From: Lingula anatina
Lineage: Eukaryota; Animalia; Brachiopoda
Length of the DNA stretch: 64,000 nt
Assembly (NCBI GenBank): GCA_051362555.1
Contig: CM120640.1
Location: 33,933,967 to 33,997,966 of the forward strand
Direction of reading: 5' to 3'
This document shows positions 24,496-39,700 of the stretch, piece by piece (within the stretch, counting starts at the first letter, position 1; every line of letters begins with the position of its first letter). Under the pieces are notes generated by a model. The model was not told the DNA's origin. It did not search any database and saw only the letters and a program-made list of their open reading frames with translations. A program made the translations under genes and the position numbers.

Positions 24496-26657
24496 TTAAC
24501 ATGCGTCTAAGATATTCCACCCAAATAACTTGAAGACAAACATTTCGTAAATGGCTGAAATAGATACAATATTAAAGACCACGGCCTTTGTTCTTCGTTT
24601 AAACTGGTTTAAACTCGCTAAAAAAAGAACAGTTTGGGACCAGTTGGTTGCGTCTGTCGTTTGATTTTTTTCCAGTGCGCACTCGAATAATATATTGCGT
24701 ACAATGTAACATTAAATGTGTTGAATGCATTTTCGAATTTTAAAAAAGGGGCGTGGGTAAAGTTTGGGGTGCTTAATATGTGTAGATGAAGTATAGGTTA
24801 AAATCATGAAGAAGTATCCTAAGAAGCAACTGTACTCTATACGGAGCGTAAGATGTGCTGCGTAGCTATGAAATATTGATGGCTTATTAGTGTCCGTACT
24901 TTATTGATGTTCGTTTAATTCCTCCTTTCAACACATTTCATTATGAATTTTTATTAAGTTTGCTTTTACAAATATGCCCGCGTTTATGGGTTGGGAACGC
25001 GCGGTGCGTTGTTCTCGAGTAAAATGAATAAGTTATCAAAGCCACAAAATACATTTACTTATTATAAAGAATAAACAAACATTCATCCCTTGAACCGGGT
25101 AACCAAAGATGTGTAAAATACGTGGCGGATATATCCAACCGGCTGTTTATTTATGAGCTTCCCTTAGTAATATTTGTTTGATTTTTACCATGCATTTGAA
25201 ACATAAATTTCACAACCAAAGTGTGTAGTCATCTCCAGACCGTTGTAAAACTTTAGATTTAAGTTATATTAACTTTTGAATCTTAATAGTTAGATAGGTA
25301 GGTAATTAACTTATTACATAATTTTATAACAACAAAAATGCGTCTTATTTATTTGGTGTGTTGTTAAGAATGAAGAAATATTGAATTAAATCTGCCTAGA
25401 TGTTAAATTTATCTGTTTATATATTTATTAATTCATTCATTCATTGCGGAACTAGACTAAGATTTACATAAGCTTTAACGTTACAAAGAAAAAAGGTAGG
25501 CCTATACAATCCGTAAAAAATACCAAGGTCACATTTTCACGTCCACACATCATGCAGAGTTACTTATCTTTTTTAACTGAGACAAAAAATTAAAAAATAA
25601 ATTAACTCCTCAAATAAACTCTGAAATGTACAGGAAGACATGGCGGTCTTAGGGACTGGCCAGTCATTTTAGAAATTAACTTAGCAGGGACGGGCAGAGC
25701 AATGCTTCTTGAGAAGGAAATATTGTTTTTCCCCAAGGTTTAACTAGTTGCTTTCGTACAGCAACAGTAATTTGGAAGCGGGGAGACAATCAGCGGATTA
25801 GTCGGCTCTTCTTTTATGAAGGGTCCGCCATATTTGATCCGTGGATCAGAAGATCCTTGGATCTTCTATTATGAATGCGCTGAAGTAGTTGTTCGAGATG
25901 CGCACCCACGTTACATTTGCACTTTTCCACCCCTCATTCTTGTTACCAATTCCTATTTTTTTTCTGTATACAGCTTGGACCCATCATAAGACATGTATGA
26001 TGGGGCCAAAAATTTGCATAAAATACTAAAATTTGGTTCGAGTAAACATGTAAGTCTTGTGTCAAGAAATCCTCAAATACGTAAGAAAATTTAAGTGCAT
26101 AAACCACTGAAACCGCAGTTGAGATTGTTGATTATGTTATATAGTCAGTTCATAGGACTTAAAGTATTGCAAGTAATTATGATTATTTCGAATAATGATA
26201 TATAATATACCTTGTGTACTATCATGATAATTAATCCGACCAATTTCCTTATTAACTGACTAATTAACTTGACATGGCGTCAGTTTTAAATGGATAGATC
26301 CGCCCCCGACAATGTCTATTGGAAAACATTTCTCAGTTGGTTCCAAAGTGCTAGTAAGCTCGGTTTTTTCGACAAATACGTTGAATACTTTCGTTTGATA
26401 TTATGACAGCCATTTCTGATGTATCACTTTACAATAAGACTATCGTAAATGTCGAGAGGCGTGAACGTGTCCGAGTGAATGATATATCATTCCATGTCTG
26501 TCTCAAACAGTACAAACATCACGGATAAAATTCAGAATACGTAATTAATATAATCACCATACCCATGCGCCTGGTGACATTCCAATAAAGTTTCCGGCCC
26601 TTGCTTGGGAAAAATATGTCACCGGTGAAATTTGAATCACAAACACCGGCAAAAAGT

Positions 26658-26663
26658 TATAAA
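26658..26663 (+). promoter_or_regulatory. Candidate TATA box of gene 2
   Basis: TATAAA 83 nt upstream of ATG 26741. Confidence 0.5.
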
Positions 26664-26740
26664 GTCACACACAAATGGCAAAGTGCACTTATTTTCTGTG
26701 ATTGGTGCCTGACGTCTATGTGGTAATTAGGGGGGGGAAC

Positions 26741-26921
26741 ATGCGGTTTCCTATCTATACATTACTGTTTATTGTGTATACAACATCGGCAGAGCACAAC
26801 AAAAGAAGTGTATTTAATTGTATAGAAACGCCGTGTCAAAATGGGGGGATTTGTCGAGGAAATGACAACGGTTTCTATTGTGATTGTCCGATGGGGTTCC
26901 GCGGTTCGCTGTGCGAAAAAG
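26741..26921 (+). CDS. Gene 2 exon 1: signal peptide + EGF
   Basis: [38 protein letters not shown]...[14 protein letters not shown]; G|gtatgt. Confidence 0.85.
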
Positions 26922-29900
26922 GTATGTGCATTTTTCTTGTGTGTGCAAATTACACGTTATTCCTCCCCTGAGCAATGTTTGCTAATTCAAAATGAAGAAG
27001 GGATAAAAGTTTTTAACAGGCTGGAAGTTAATAGTATTCATTATTAAATATTAAATAGCTAATGATGTTGTTTTATGTAAGATTGCGTTCGATGCAACTC
27101 GGCATCGATATCACACCAGAAGTTTAACTGTTAATTGGGAGACTTTAATACTGCAGAATAGGAGATGGTTTAGAATAAACAAGGTTTTACAAATTTAATT
27201 TATTTTTTTTCTTTGCACAAACGAATTACTTATGCTAACAGTGCGGCCGCGTAAAGTCAAATAAAGAAGCAAATCGAACAGCGTTTTCCAGTCAAATCAA
27301 GGTTGATTGAAATTGGATTTTACACCCCCTCCCCACGCCGATGTTTTGAATATCATGCCCACCCCCATGTATATGGCAACTCTAAAAATAATTGATTTTT
27401 TCCAGTTAAGGCAATAAAAGGGCCGTTTAATTTAATTGTTATTGAGCTCGATCATATAGCGTGTTTAGTATGTTAACGTAGGCCTATACATATTATTGTT
27501 GTTATCTCAAGAAAGAAACGCATGATTTAACAATCTAGTTAAATTACATACCTGACACCTTTTTACTTAGTGGCCGTACTCTGATCTCTTTGGTCACTGG
27601 TCACTACTGGTACTTGGGAATTCGACAGGTGTCTTCAATCAAGATCCCTCAAAGTCGGAGATGTGGGGCATTTCTGATTTTATCAAAACTAGCGGGGCTG
27701 TTTAATTATCTCGGACAGGTGGGGAAGGTGTGAAAAATAAACTCCTTCAGTCACATTGTACTTAAAAGAATTGACCTAACGCTTGACATGTGTCTTGTAT
27801 CCTTCAACTCTGGAACCGGTAAGTCATCCCATTTACAACATGTGCTTTGAACAGAATGATGGAAGACAGATGTCAAATTTAGTACACATAATTTTTAACA
27901 CATCTTAATTATTGCAACCAATATCTAGGAGGTGATTTCATTTCAAAATAAATATGATTGGATCGCTATGATTCATACTCTTGGTCTGTGTACACCATTA
28001 CATTGTTCCATCTGTAGTTTTTAAACTGGGCATTTGATACGACGTAACCACTCAAAGTCCTTCAGATTTGTAGGTAAAGCCACTCAATTAGTGGACTATA
28101 GCTAATTGGTGTATTGTTCATCAACCTTCACATCTTTGCAAATCAACAAATTGAAAATTGGAAAAGTATCGGGGTAGAAAAAGATCGGAGGAATAATTAT
28201 TTAGCCATAGAAGAGAAGTCCTCAAAAACAATCCTTCTTCATTTACTGTCTTGACATTTAGTGCTGTAATACTGCATGACTAATTACTGCCGGTGCTTGT
28301 AAATATTTATAAAGAAAGTAGTGAAGTTTTCGTTTGCCCTGCGATATACCTTCCTTTCTGCATTAATGTGATTTTGGGATTTTTACCTATAATCACAGGC
28401 CCGTAGCCAGCAATTTCAAAAGGGGGGTTCTTTTTCTGAAAAAGTGGACCTTTTCCCATAAAAACTTCATGTATCTAGATCAAATTTTACCCAGAGTGGA
28501 CCTTTTCCCAGCAAAAGGGGCGGTTCTTTCGAACCCCCCCCCCCCCCCCGAACCCCTTCTGGCTACGGGCCTGCATCATAATGTTGTCTACCTTACATTT
28601 AATATTATTAATTAAACGATAAATTAATGGATTATTTACGGCAGATTGTTACATCACTACTGTAGATGAACAGATCAATGTGAAATTGTATTTTCAATTA
28701 TGTCAGTGACATAGGAGAAGTTGGTTTACACCTATAGACAAGGACCTTTAATTGCTGTACAGGTTAGAGATAGCATCTAAACAAGCCAAGTTAGCATCGA
28801 CACTATATGTCCCGAGGAAACTTTCTTTTGATTTGATTGTCGCTGATTTGAAGGTACGCGTGAAATACAAAACGGTGTCAACTGTTTTTGATTAAGCCTT
28901 TTGTCGTATTTCCATGGTTCCAGACATACACTGTATGACCCCCCCCCCCCCCGCCGCCCCCAGAGAACTGAAAACCAATGGAGAAAAGACAAATGTCAAT
29001 CTTCATGCATTTCACACTGACAGAATCAGAACGACACTATTGATAGCGGTTCTGACCGAGAATGAAAAGAAACCAAGAGTGAATAGGAAAGTGTTTTGGG
29101 TGTTTTATGTATAAATAGGGTAAGAAGTGACTAACTGAATGTTAAAACTTGGATCCTATATATTGGATTCTAGGTAAAAAGTATCGAAAGTCCGATACAA
29201 ATTGATGCGCCAATACTTCTATGAGTATGTTTCTTAAAATAGATAAAGTAATAAAGACACATATATATGTCATTACAGAAAACGCTTGAGCGATTAATTA
29301 TAACTGACTGTTTTTATTCATTCACAGAATCTTGCATTTGCCGTACATTTGGAGAGCACTACTACCACACTTATGATGGAATACTTCTTGGATTTACTGG
29401 CCAATGTCGCTACCAGCTTACCGGCAGCTGCGTGGACAGCAGTTTCTACGTTGATGTTGATGTAAAATTCGTTGAGGCAAAAATAAAAGACAGAAAAATT
29501 CGGATAAGTAGGAACGAGGAACCTGTGATTGTGACGGTGAGGGTTTTTTAAAAATCTATTCATCTATTCAAAAATAAGAGACGCTATCAGCTAATTAATA
29601 TATTTTAATGCAAACCATGAGAGGAAGCTTAAGATGAAGAGGGAGGATGGAGAAAACAACGAACAACGTTCACAAAGATTTATCTGTAAGTTCTGTAAGT
29701 GTTTGTTAAAGGGATAATAACTCTTTGTTTCGGCCAAAAATGAATTTTCCTGGAGTAAACAACAATTTTGCCATACTTACCAATGGTTAATGAATCCATT
29801 TTTGAATTCAAAATTGGTTCCTTTTTTTTCTAAAAAGTTTGTTTTTTTTTGTTAAAATCTCTCAAGAGATTTTAACAGAGTATAGCCATCAATGGAGGAC

Positions 29901-30726
29901 ACGTGGTCTAAAGACAAGCTCAGATATCAGAACAATAGCTATATCTCTCGTTTTTGTGGTAAAACAGAATATATTATATTTCTGTGAGTTATTCACAATG
30001 TTTTACTGTGAAATATAGATCTCATACGAAGAGTTATTATCCCTTTAATTGATCTAATGAATTATCGTATGAATGCTTGGTCTGACAGACGATTTTAAAA
30101 TCCGTACTTTAAAAAAATGCAAATCTCTCCAACGTTATCTTACGTAACATATATTTTTAGGTCGACGGAGAAACCATTCAAACGCTGCCTTACATAGGCA
30201 ATTCTCCTACTGGAACCTTTAACATATTCCGGCTGGCGAATAAGGACATCATAGTTAAAGTCAACGGACGGACACTTCTCCTCACAGATGGACGCAACTA
30301 CGTTCAGGTGGAACTGCCCGAGGAACACAAAAGCAGCGCATGTGGTATATGCGGTAACTGTAATGGTATCCTGGCTGATGATCTGGTAACAAGTAACGGC
30401 ACAGACCTGGCCTCATTGACTGATATATCTGTCAGGAGTAATACTCTGGGAAATAGCTGGGTCGTAGGGGGACCTCCAGGGTAGGTTATCGGACTGTGTG
30501 GAAGCATACAATAGTATACTGGTACTACTTACATATACAGACCCGCTGTCAATTAATAGTATTTTTAAAGAAATAAACTACATTTTCCCATACTTCAGTA
30601 TCACACAAACATGTACATTTTAGTCTTAGTAATAAAATTGTAAGATAGCTATCACCCAGTTTTCCGCGGACATTTTTTCAGATGATCTCTCATACCTATG
30701 TCATCTTTCTATATATTTGTTACTTG

Positions 30727-30762
<36 letters not shown>

Positions 30763-33700
30763 GTATGTTGGGGTGCAATCAAGATATTTCAACACTTGGA
30801 AAATATTCTTATTTGACACTGCAAAAACCCGATACTACATTGGAAAAAGGATGTGTTGCAAGTAGGCCTACATGTCATCTTACATAACGAGTTAGCAACA
30901 GTATAACAAACAATATTTGCATTATCTATGTTTTAGCTGTTTAGCTGGTAGTGACATGGACCAATTCCAGTGCAGCGCACAGGAAACGACCATGGCTTCG
31001 TCGTCAACGTATTGTGCAAGAATAGACCACCTAATACCGTGCAGCCCAACAATACTGCTTAAATACAAAGCTGCCTGCATCCAGAAGGTCTGCCAGCTGC
31101 TTCCAGACTCGACCACAGCGAAAGAAGTCTTCTGCGAAATATTTGAAGCCACTCAAAGGGCATGCGCTGCAGAAGATGTTCATTTCTACACATGGCGATC
31201 TCTGTCTTTATGCGGTATGTTTTAAGGTTTAACAAACAAATCATTTATTTTTTTTAATTGTGTGTGTGTGTGTGTGTGTGTGATCTTAGTTCATGGTTCC
31301 TCACCTTCATGTGTTACGACCATATGAATATCATGCTCAATTACATAACCTGTACTTGCGACCTTTAATGGAAATTTGTAAATTCATAAATGAAACATGA
31401 AATACATTGAATTAAATGTAACCTCGAGATTCGTGATCACGATGCAGATTCACTATAGAGATATGGAATTCAGGACGTGGCACTCCTAACTGAGAGCGTG
31501 TGAACAAAATGGGTTAAAATTTTCACAAAGAGAGGGTTCCTTTTTAATGTTGCCACCGCCGCCAACGCTGTCATTAATCAAATGACATAAAATTGTATTC
31601 AAGTTTAAGAAAACTTCCATTTATTATCATATATTCAAATCACATATCAACCAACCTTAATATCGACATAACAGGTGTCAATCCTTTAACTGCACACCTA
31701 ACCTGATAGATAGGCTCACCTGATAGACATGTGCATAATTTTAGATTTTTACATCATAATATTTGGTTTACCAATGAGCTAAATAGGAAATACACACAAA
31801 ATGTCATCATCTCTGATTTTAGCACTAGAGTGCCCGGCACAAACACCGTACGAGGAGATAATTGACAACTGTCATTCCTCGTGTCACAATCTCACGTCCA
31901 AGGACCCCAAGTGTCTTCTGCCTAAGACTGATGGCTGTGCCTGCAACGGCGGACTGTTGGAAAGTGACGGGGCTTGTGTCGCACCAATGGATTGCGGCTG
32001 CACTGATAACTGGGGTTATCATAAAGTGTGTATTTTCTTTAGAATTTTTTTTAATTTTCATCCCTTAAAATTACAAAATAACTGCACAGATAAATGAATG
32101 CAATGAAAACAAAAAGTAAAACAAATAGCAGACAATAAACTATCTGTACAAGTGTTAAATCATTAAATTATTTTCTCACTGCAATAGAAAACTCCTATTT
32201 GTAAATGGGATAGTACCACCATTAGGTCAACTTGGCCCCAAAATTTAATCGTTTCTTACTTGGTCAATTCCTGACTGTTTCTGAAAATTTCAACAAAATC
32301 AGTCCACAATTTTTTCAAAATCTTCTCCTCCTCTCAAAGAGCCACAATAACTTTGTATTATACGATTGGATATTCTGTGAATTTGTTTTCTCGAGTTTAA
32401 TAATTGCCTTTTTTTTCAGATTGGAGAATCCTGGTTGAGCAGTGACTGCACGATGGCTTATAAATGCGTTAGTGTAGCCAACATCACAGCTGTAGCGCGC
32501 CCCCCTTGTGAAGCCCCACAGCAGTGTGTAGCGGTGAATGGGGTGTTGGGATGTAATATACGTGAGTGTATATTTCTTCTTGTTTAGTATCTTCGAGGTT
32601 TTGTAGAAGGACACGTTACATAGTTTAAAAATGTGTACTAAGTGTAATCTGGCCCGTTATCTCCAATCCAATACTGCTGAAGTTCATACGCTTCAAGCAG
32701 GCATGTAGTGGAGTGCGGAAGCCGACCCAAGTCGGCTCTGAAACTTGAACAACATGTAGTAGTGTAGCATGGCACGTTGCTGTTTCCTATCAGCCCCTTC
32801 TTGTACGTTGTCCAACGTGCTTGTTGATAGGTCCTTATTTTAGTATATTCTAATATTAGTCTGTGTGTTTTTTGTTTTTCTACAGCCCCTCCTGGCGAGC
32901 CAAGAGACAACTGCGTGGGCGCTCGCTGTGTGAATGGAGCTACATGTGTCAGCAGTCCAGGCCAGTTTACTTGTGTGTGTCCACAAGGTTACACCGGGAA
33001 GTTTTGTGGAGAGAGTGAGTCTTAAGTCTGATTAGATATGGCGATCCCTACTTTAAAGAATTGCTCTTAAAAAACTCAGTATATCAATAAGTAGTATATG
33101 AGGTTTCGTTCACATGGACCAATACAAAGTTCAGATTGGTAATTGATTGAGGGTCCCATGGGGGGAGGGGTGATAACAGTGATAACAGTTCATGGGAAAT
33201 AAAATCCTCAAATCACAAATCATAGTAAATGGACCTTTTTCCATATCTTATTGAAAATATTACTCTGGTGAGTTTAATATGACAAATCACTGAGTATAAT
33301 GACTTCATTTCACATAGGACAAGGAATATAAAGCTGCATTCACAAGTCACAGAAATGGGGTGCTTCGTGAATGTCATGAATCATGCTAAATAATATGAAC
33401 ATATCATGCATATCAAGAAATAAACAGTAGCTTAAACAGGTTACACCATACCCGCAGAACCCTCTTGATAAAAAAGGATTTTGTCAGCTTACCCTTTCAT
33501 GGAGACTTCCACTTCCGTCTAATATTTCCAGAAATTGACTACTGCGCCCAGTTGTCTGTGGATTGTAAGAATGGCGGTACCTGCGTCTCTACCAGCCAGG
33601 ATGCCTACTGCAAGTGTTTACCCGGTTACCTAGGAGACAGGTGTGAAGGTATGAACGCGAAAAATGTCTTTTCAATTTAATACAAACACACGATTCATAC

Positions 33701-36700
33701 CCCCTGGGTTTCAGAGGATACCTGATCACTTGCCTCTCTACTATCATAATCAGGCATAATGTCTCTATTTCCAGAAACCATTCATGGATCTGATTGGCTT
33801 AGATATCAAAGCCTGCAGTATAGGGATGGTCTAAGGGTCTATTCCCACAACTTTAGATCGATCTATCACCGCGGGGAGTCTCACCAGACTACCGTCAGAT
33901 AATCCCCCTTAAGTGTCCGTCCCCGCCCACTACAAGCCGTAAGTGGCAATTAACTTTCGTGTCCGCCTGGCTGACAGCTATTCAGCGCGAACCCCCAGGG
34001 AGTTAGGTTGATCCAAAGTAGGTCAATCTAATCTATGGAAACGGGGTGTAAGGGTGCTGGAAATGGTAGAGGCACTATGAGATGCATGCTGATACAAAAT
34101 TTATTATACTTTCATTGCAATACATATTGAATGTATTGAATGCGTACATAGAAATTATAAGAACACATACATATATTATAAATCTCACATATTGCTTGCT
34201 TGCAATATATGCCTGGTTATCTTTACGGATCTTTCAATCCGAATTTGTTCCCATCTCCCAGGGAAGCTCAAGGTGATAGCCGAGTTACAAGGAATTAAAT
34301 ATGATGACCATTTTTGGGTCATGTTACACATTTAATGTCTTTGACAAGCTGAAACATATATGTACATGATCCAGTATAAACCCACCAACTGTTAGGTTGA
34401 AACTTTTTTCAAATGCAGTTATAAAAATTACTTAACTCTTTATTTGGTAGGAGCATTCCTGTCCCATATGCTTTTTAGTGCTATGTTCTTTTTGTTTTTA
34501 GTACTTTCAATTTTCTGTCATTCTTTTCAGTGGAAAAGCGTTGCTTGTGTGCTGTATACGGTGACCCAACAATTGTCACGTTTGACGGTGCCGTCATCAA
34601 CTTCCAAGGCACGTGCAAGTATAAGTACGTGCAATTGTGCGACGGTGCTCCTGGAAACCTTGAACCATTCAAAATAAATGTGAAACACACTGACTTCCTG
34701 GGGATTTTCCCTAAGACGTCCTATCCAGAATTTGTAGAATTGGAATTTCGTGAGCACAACATCAGGTTGAGACGAGATGGAGGAGAAGTTCGAATTTATG
34801 TAAGTATCAGCACTGCATGTAAGCCTCTCCTAAATTTCACATAAGTATGACAGCTAGGAATAAATCTGCAAATAGAGAATACTTAGACAGTTTTACTTCT
34901 TAAATATGATAAATAGAATGAGTGACTGTATATACCTATAAGATTCGAGGGGGAGACATTTAAGTCACAGCATACCTAGCATTCTTTAAGGTTCCATGGT
35001 AGATCTTTCAGCTTCAATCAAGGTCTTGTTTGTAAGAATGAAATATGGCATTTGGGTGAAGGGTCTAAAAAAAGCTTTCCTTACTTTTTTCTCCACACTT
35101 TTTTGGTAAACCTTAATTGGTCCCAAACCACCCATACCAGCATTCTTGGGAAAAAAATATGTTCACAAATTATCACTGGAGACAACTTTGTTTTATAGAA
35201 TAAAGGATGTTACAATTTTATAAACTTAATTTATTCTACTTGCAGGTTGACTTTGAATTTAGAGAGAGTGCTCCAGTAATTGTCAACAATGCCATAGTGA
35301 TAGAAAGAATGCCGGATGGCACTACTCGTGCAAAAACTACAACCGGAATCTCTATATCGTATGATGGGCATTCGAGAGCATTAATTGAAGTTCCAACTGC
35401 ATACAAAGGGAGTCTCTGCGGACTATGTGGAGACTGCGATGGCATTGACTACAACGACTACAAACCTCAGTACAGCAAATTTGTCATTACCGGAGATGAC
35501 CGAGATATCAGGATTGGGAATAGCTATTACATCAGAGACGAAGAGTTTCTCACGTTAGTACTGTATATTAATATTAGTATTTGAATTTTTAATTTAGGGA
35601 GCAGATGGGATCACACTATGAACAGTAAGTTGTCAAGAATAGATATTTTACTTCCAGTTTACACTTCCAGTTCCAGTTTACACTTGCATCACACAATTAA
35701 TTTTTTAATGTAATACCAACTGTTGACTTGAAGTTTGTGTCTTTAGTTCAAACAAAATTGATAAGTTGGTTAATGGGTGGTGATTCTCTGTAAACAGAGA
35801 TAGTAGATACAATTTGTATATGTCTTTCAAACAATGATATTTAAAGAACATAGCATCTAAAATTTTTGGTCAGGTGGTGTTTTCCTCCTCCTCTTCTTCT
35901 TATTATTAAGGGGTGTGGGTATATCAAATTTACACTGTGGTCAATTTTAAAGCATAAAAACCACAGCATTATGAACTTTTGTGGGTGCAGTTGCAATTAT
36001 TTTCCACTTACCAAACCATGCATGCATTTTTTCTATGTGAAAAAAAATTGATTTCCTTAAAATAAAGGTTGATAATTCTCGTAAACCAACTTCTCAAATT
36101 TGTCTGTCTCTAAGCGAACAGTTTTCAATTCAGGTGTGTGGCTGGTAGCACTAACGATACATCATATTGTCCAGAATCGGTGCAGCCTGTCGTAGAGGCC
36201 AATGACATGTGCGGATCAATTTTGACATTCCCGGGACAGTTTGCAGCATGTGTGGATAAATTGAGCAGTCAGCTGATTCTTGATCTCCATAAAGCATGTG
36301 TCAGAGATGCTTGCAAGTTGTTTGAAAATACTAATGAGGAAGCAGCTAAGAAAGCTAGGTGCGTCATGATGGACCTTTTGGCCAAGGAGTGTGGCATTCA
36401 TGGTGTTCCCGTTGTTGGCTGGAGGCAAGAAACTGGATGTGGTAGGTTGATGTATTTCAGATTTATTTAAATATAAATAAATTGTCGGGTTTTGGCTACT
36501 TGCCACACAAGTTTAGTTTAGCACAAAAGTTGCAAGGAATAAGAGTAACATTAAAATCTCACCTTACCTGTTGATCAGATGGCCTGGAAATTCCCTATGC
36601 CTAAGGATGCAGTAGCCACTAGCTCATCAGTCTCTCAGTCAAGCAAAGTGTAATGAGACCCAATAAAGCATTGAAATTAATTTCACTGAATTGCATTGTA

Positions 36701-39700
36701 TTTTCAACATTTATCTTCATAGCAGAAGAAACCATTCTAGATCTGTAAGACTGCTTTCCCATAACCTTATTGTACTGGCAGGATCGATCTATTTCAGTGG
36801 GAATTCTTGCTAAGGCACAGTCAGTGTAATCAGCTTAATTGTCTGGCATGGCCCCTTCACAAAGCAACAAGAACAACATCATAGACCACAAAGTTTTCCC
36901 AACTTTACCCAAGTACTTGAAGTAATGAGGGGACTGACAGACAATTAAGCTGCTTAAACTGAATGCAATTTAGTGAGAATCCCTGAGGAGTTAGATCTAT
37001 CCAGCTAGTCTAATAGGGTTATGGGAATGGTCCCTTAGTGTAGCCATACATGCCTAAACCCATGCATTTCCCAATATGTGCTGGAGTCAAAAAACTTTCA
37101 TATTTTGCACACCAGATATGCATTGTCCGCCTGGAACAACATATAAATCAGAAGGTACAGCTTGTCCAAATACCTGTGCGGACCTGGATGCGGAGGACAA
37201 TTGCAGCAAACCACCTGTAGAGGGCTGTTATTGCCCAGCGGGACAGATACTAAGTGATACTCAGTGTATTCTGGATAGAAATGAGTGTGGGTGCACTGAT
37301 TTGAAAAATGGTGGAAGTTATTATTTTGTGAGTATTGGTCATTTTCTATATTGAAAAATCATTCTGATGAGGGTTTTTTTACTCTGACTTTGTACATTTG
37401 TATTGATAAAATGCAAAATAGCCTTTTGGGTTAAATGTTTACTGAATACAACAATCAAAAATACATTATGCCTAGCTTTTTTTTAACTGAGAAAATTACA
37501 GGAAAATTATGCATTGGCTTCAGTTCTTCATCACAAAGTTACTACTCTCAGGGTTGGTGGAAATTACAGCTGCATCAGTTGTTGTGCAGTGTCCAATAAT
37601 AGCAAGTGGTAAATTACAGTTTTAGAAGAACAACCTTCAACATTGCTAGAAATACAACAACATTGCTAAAAATACACAATACACCACAAATACCACCACC
37701 AATATACTGAACTGATGGATTTATTTTAGATCAGTATACACATTAAGCTTTTAATTATAACCTAACAAAGTGTTTTATATCTTCTTTGAATTCATGTTTT
37801 ATAGATAGGCCAGATGTGGAGAAACATTGACTGTACAGAGAGTGGCAAATGCTTCGATCATCGCAGTTATAATATTCCATGGTTCTTTCCGGGCTTCATC
37901 TCACTGCAACCTCTGACGTGCGATCCAAACGCCAGATGTGAAGTGGTTAATGAGGTCAGGCTTTGCGCCTGCCAATCTGGATACAAGGGAGATGGACAGA
38001 CATGTACCAGTAGGTTTAATGACCATTGATGCACAGTGTGGAATTTTTGGTCACTTTGTGCTATATTTATCTGTTGCAAGCTGTTACAGTGTGTAATGAG
38101 TTAAGGATATTGAAAAAATACTTACTGGATAGAGAGCTGAAATAGGCTTAAAGGTACACTATCTCCTTAAAAATTTTCCAAAGTCAATTTTTCTTGTCTA
38201 CATATCCTGCAAAGCTACTAATCTTTCCCATTTCTGACTTAAAATTTGCACATGAAGTCTGATCTTTGCCACTAAGCCAACCATGTGACAATGTACAGTT
38301 TTAAATAGCATTATTAACTTTAGAATTAAAGAGTATTATGGTTTATCCATGGGCATGGCGACTTATTTGGGTCATTTAAGAAACTTGTAGAAGTGGTTGG
38401 TTTATATGTGTTATAAGGAATCCACATTTGCTTCATGTGTAACTTTCAAATCGTAAAAGCCCTAATTTAAAATAAAAGCACCTTAAGTCAGATATCCTAA
38501 AACACACAGGAAGGCATGATGTTCTAACTGACCTGCCAGTCATTAAGCTTATAATTTAATATTGAATTAAACATGGAATAAAACATCAATAAATCATCAA
38601 ATCTGGTCAAACAATGATTCATGAGTAGGAGAAAATTGTTTTTTATTCCCAAAATTAATTTTAGTGGTCATAGAGTACCTTTATGAAAAAAATTTATTTT
38701 ACAATGGGAATTTAACAAAAGAATACAGTAAGGCATCTGTGCCAAAATTTATGTTAATATTAACTGGAATATCTAGGGTGAGAGAGTTAAAGATGTTTGG
38801 ATAAAGGGACCTACAACCTTCTTACTACATGTACCAAGGCAATTGGATTGCCTAGCCTAATTTGTTTTTGGTTCATTTTCAGTTGCTGATATTTGCCTGG
38901 TGAAAGATCCAACATACAATGAGATTCCAAGAAACCTCTGTGCCAATGGTGTTTGTATCACATTTGGAGAGACATGGAAGTGCAAATGTTTTCTGGGGTG
39001 GAATGGAACACTGTGTGATGAAAGTAGGTTGAATCATGACATTTCCACTGACATTATTTAGGCCATTTACTTCAAACACTCTCACTGCCCTAGTGGAGTC
39101 TTCTTTAACAGTGCACTGACATTTAATTGTCATCTGACACACTAAGCTCCGTAAGAGAATCATCTCTAATATTGCACTGACATTTAATTGTGTGATCATC
39201 TAAATTTGCATCCTAAAATATGTGCTAAGAATAATCCACGATCTTATAAAACTTCCTACATATGAATAATTTGAGCCTTTTTTTCAGACATTGATGAGTG
39301 CGCTGTTAATCCCTGTCAGAATGGTGGCAACTGTACAGACTTGGTGGCCACATACAGATGTTCCTGTCCAGGAGGATTTACTGGGAAAGACTGTGAAACA
39401 AGTAAGACCCCATTTCCAGAGATTAGATCGATCTACTTTAGGGGTTCACGCTAAATAGCTGTCAGCTGAGCGGGCACAAAAGTTAATTACCCCCTTACAG
39501 CTTGTAGTAGGCGGGACGGACATTTAAGCCGGATTTTCTGACAGTAATCTAGTGAGACTCCCCGCGGGGATAGATCGATCTAAAAACTCTGGGAATACAG
39601 CCTAAGTGACTGTTATCTGTTAAAACACAGCTGTGTAATCGAAAAGTTTTCATTTATGATAGATCCAGATATTTAAAATACCTGTTGACTGTTTCGTCTG

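Noticed and set aside
25835-26010. Short hairpins (GATCC..GGATC; TTGGACCCATCATA..TATGATGGGGCCAA) as ncRNA
   Set aside because: Too short, with no tRNA or miRNA-like architecture; more likely repeat debris.
17237-26741. Joining gene 1 and gene 2 into a single gene
   Set aside because: Gene 1 has a stop and poly(A) signals. Gene 2 has its own TATA-like box, ATG and signal peptide.
32638-32910. Minus-strand 90-aa ORF as a possible retroelement fragment
   Set aside because: No RT, endonuclease or transposase motif is recognisable, and it overlaps an acceptor of gene 2.
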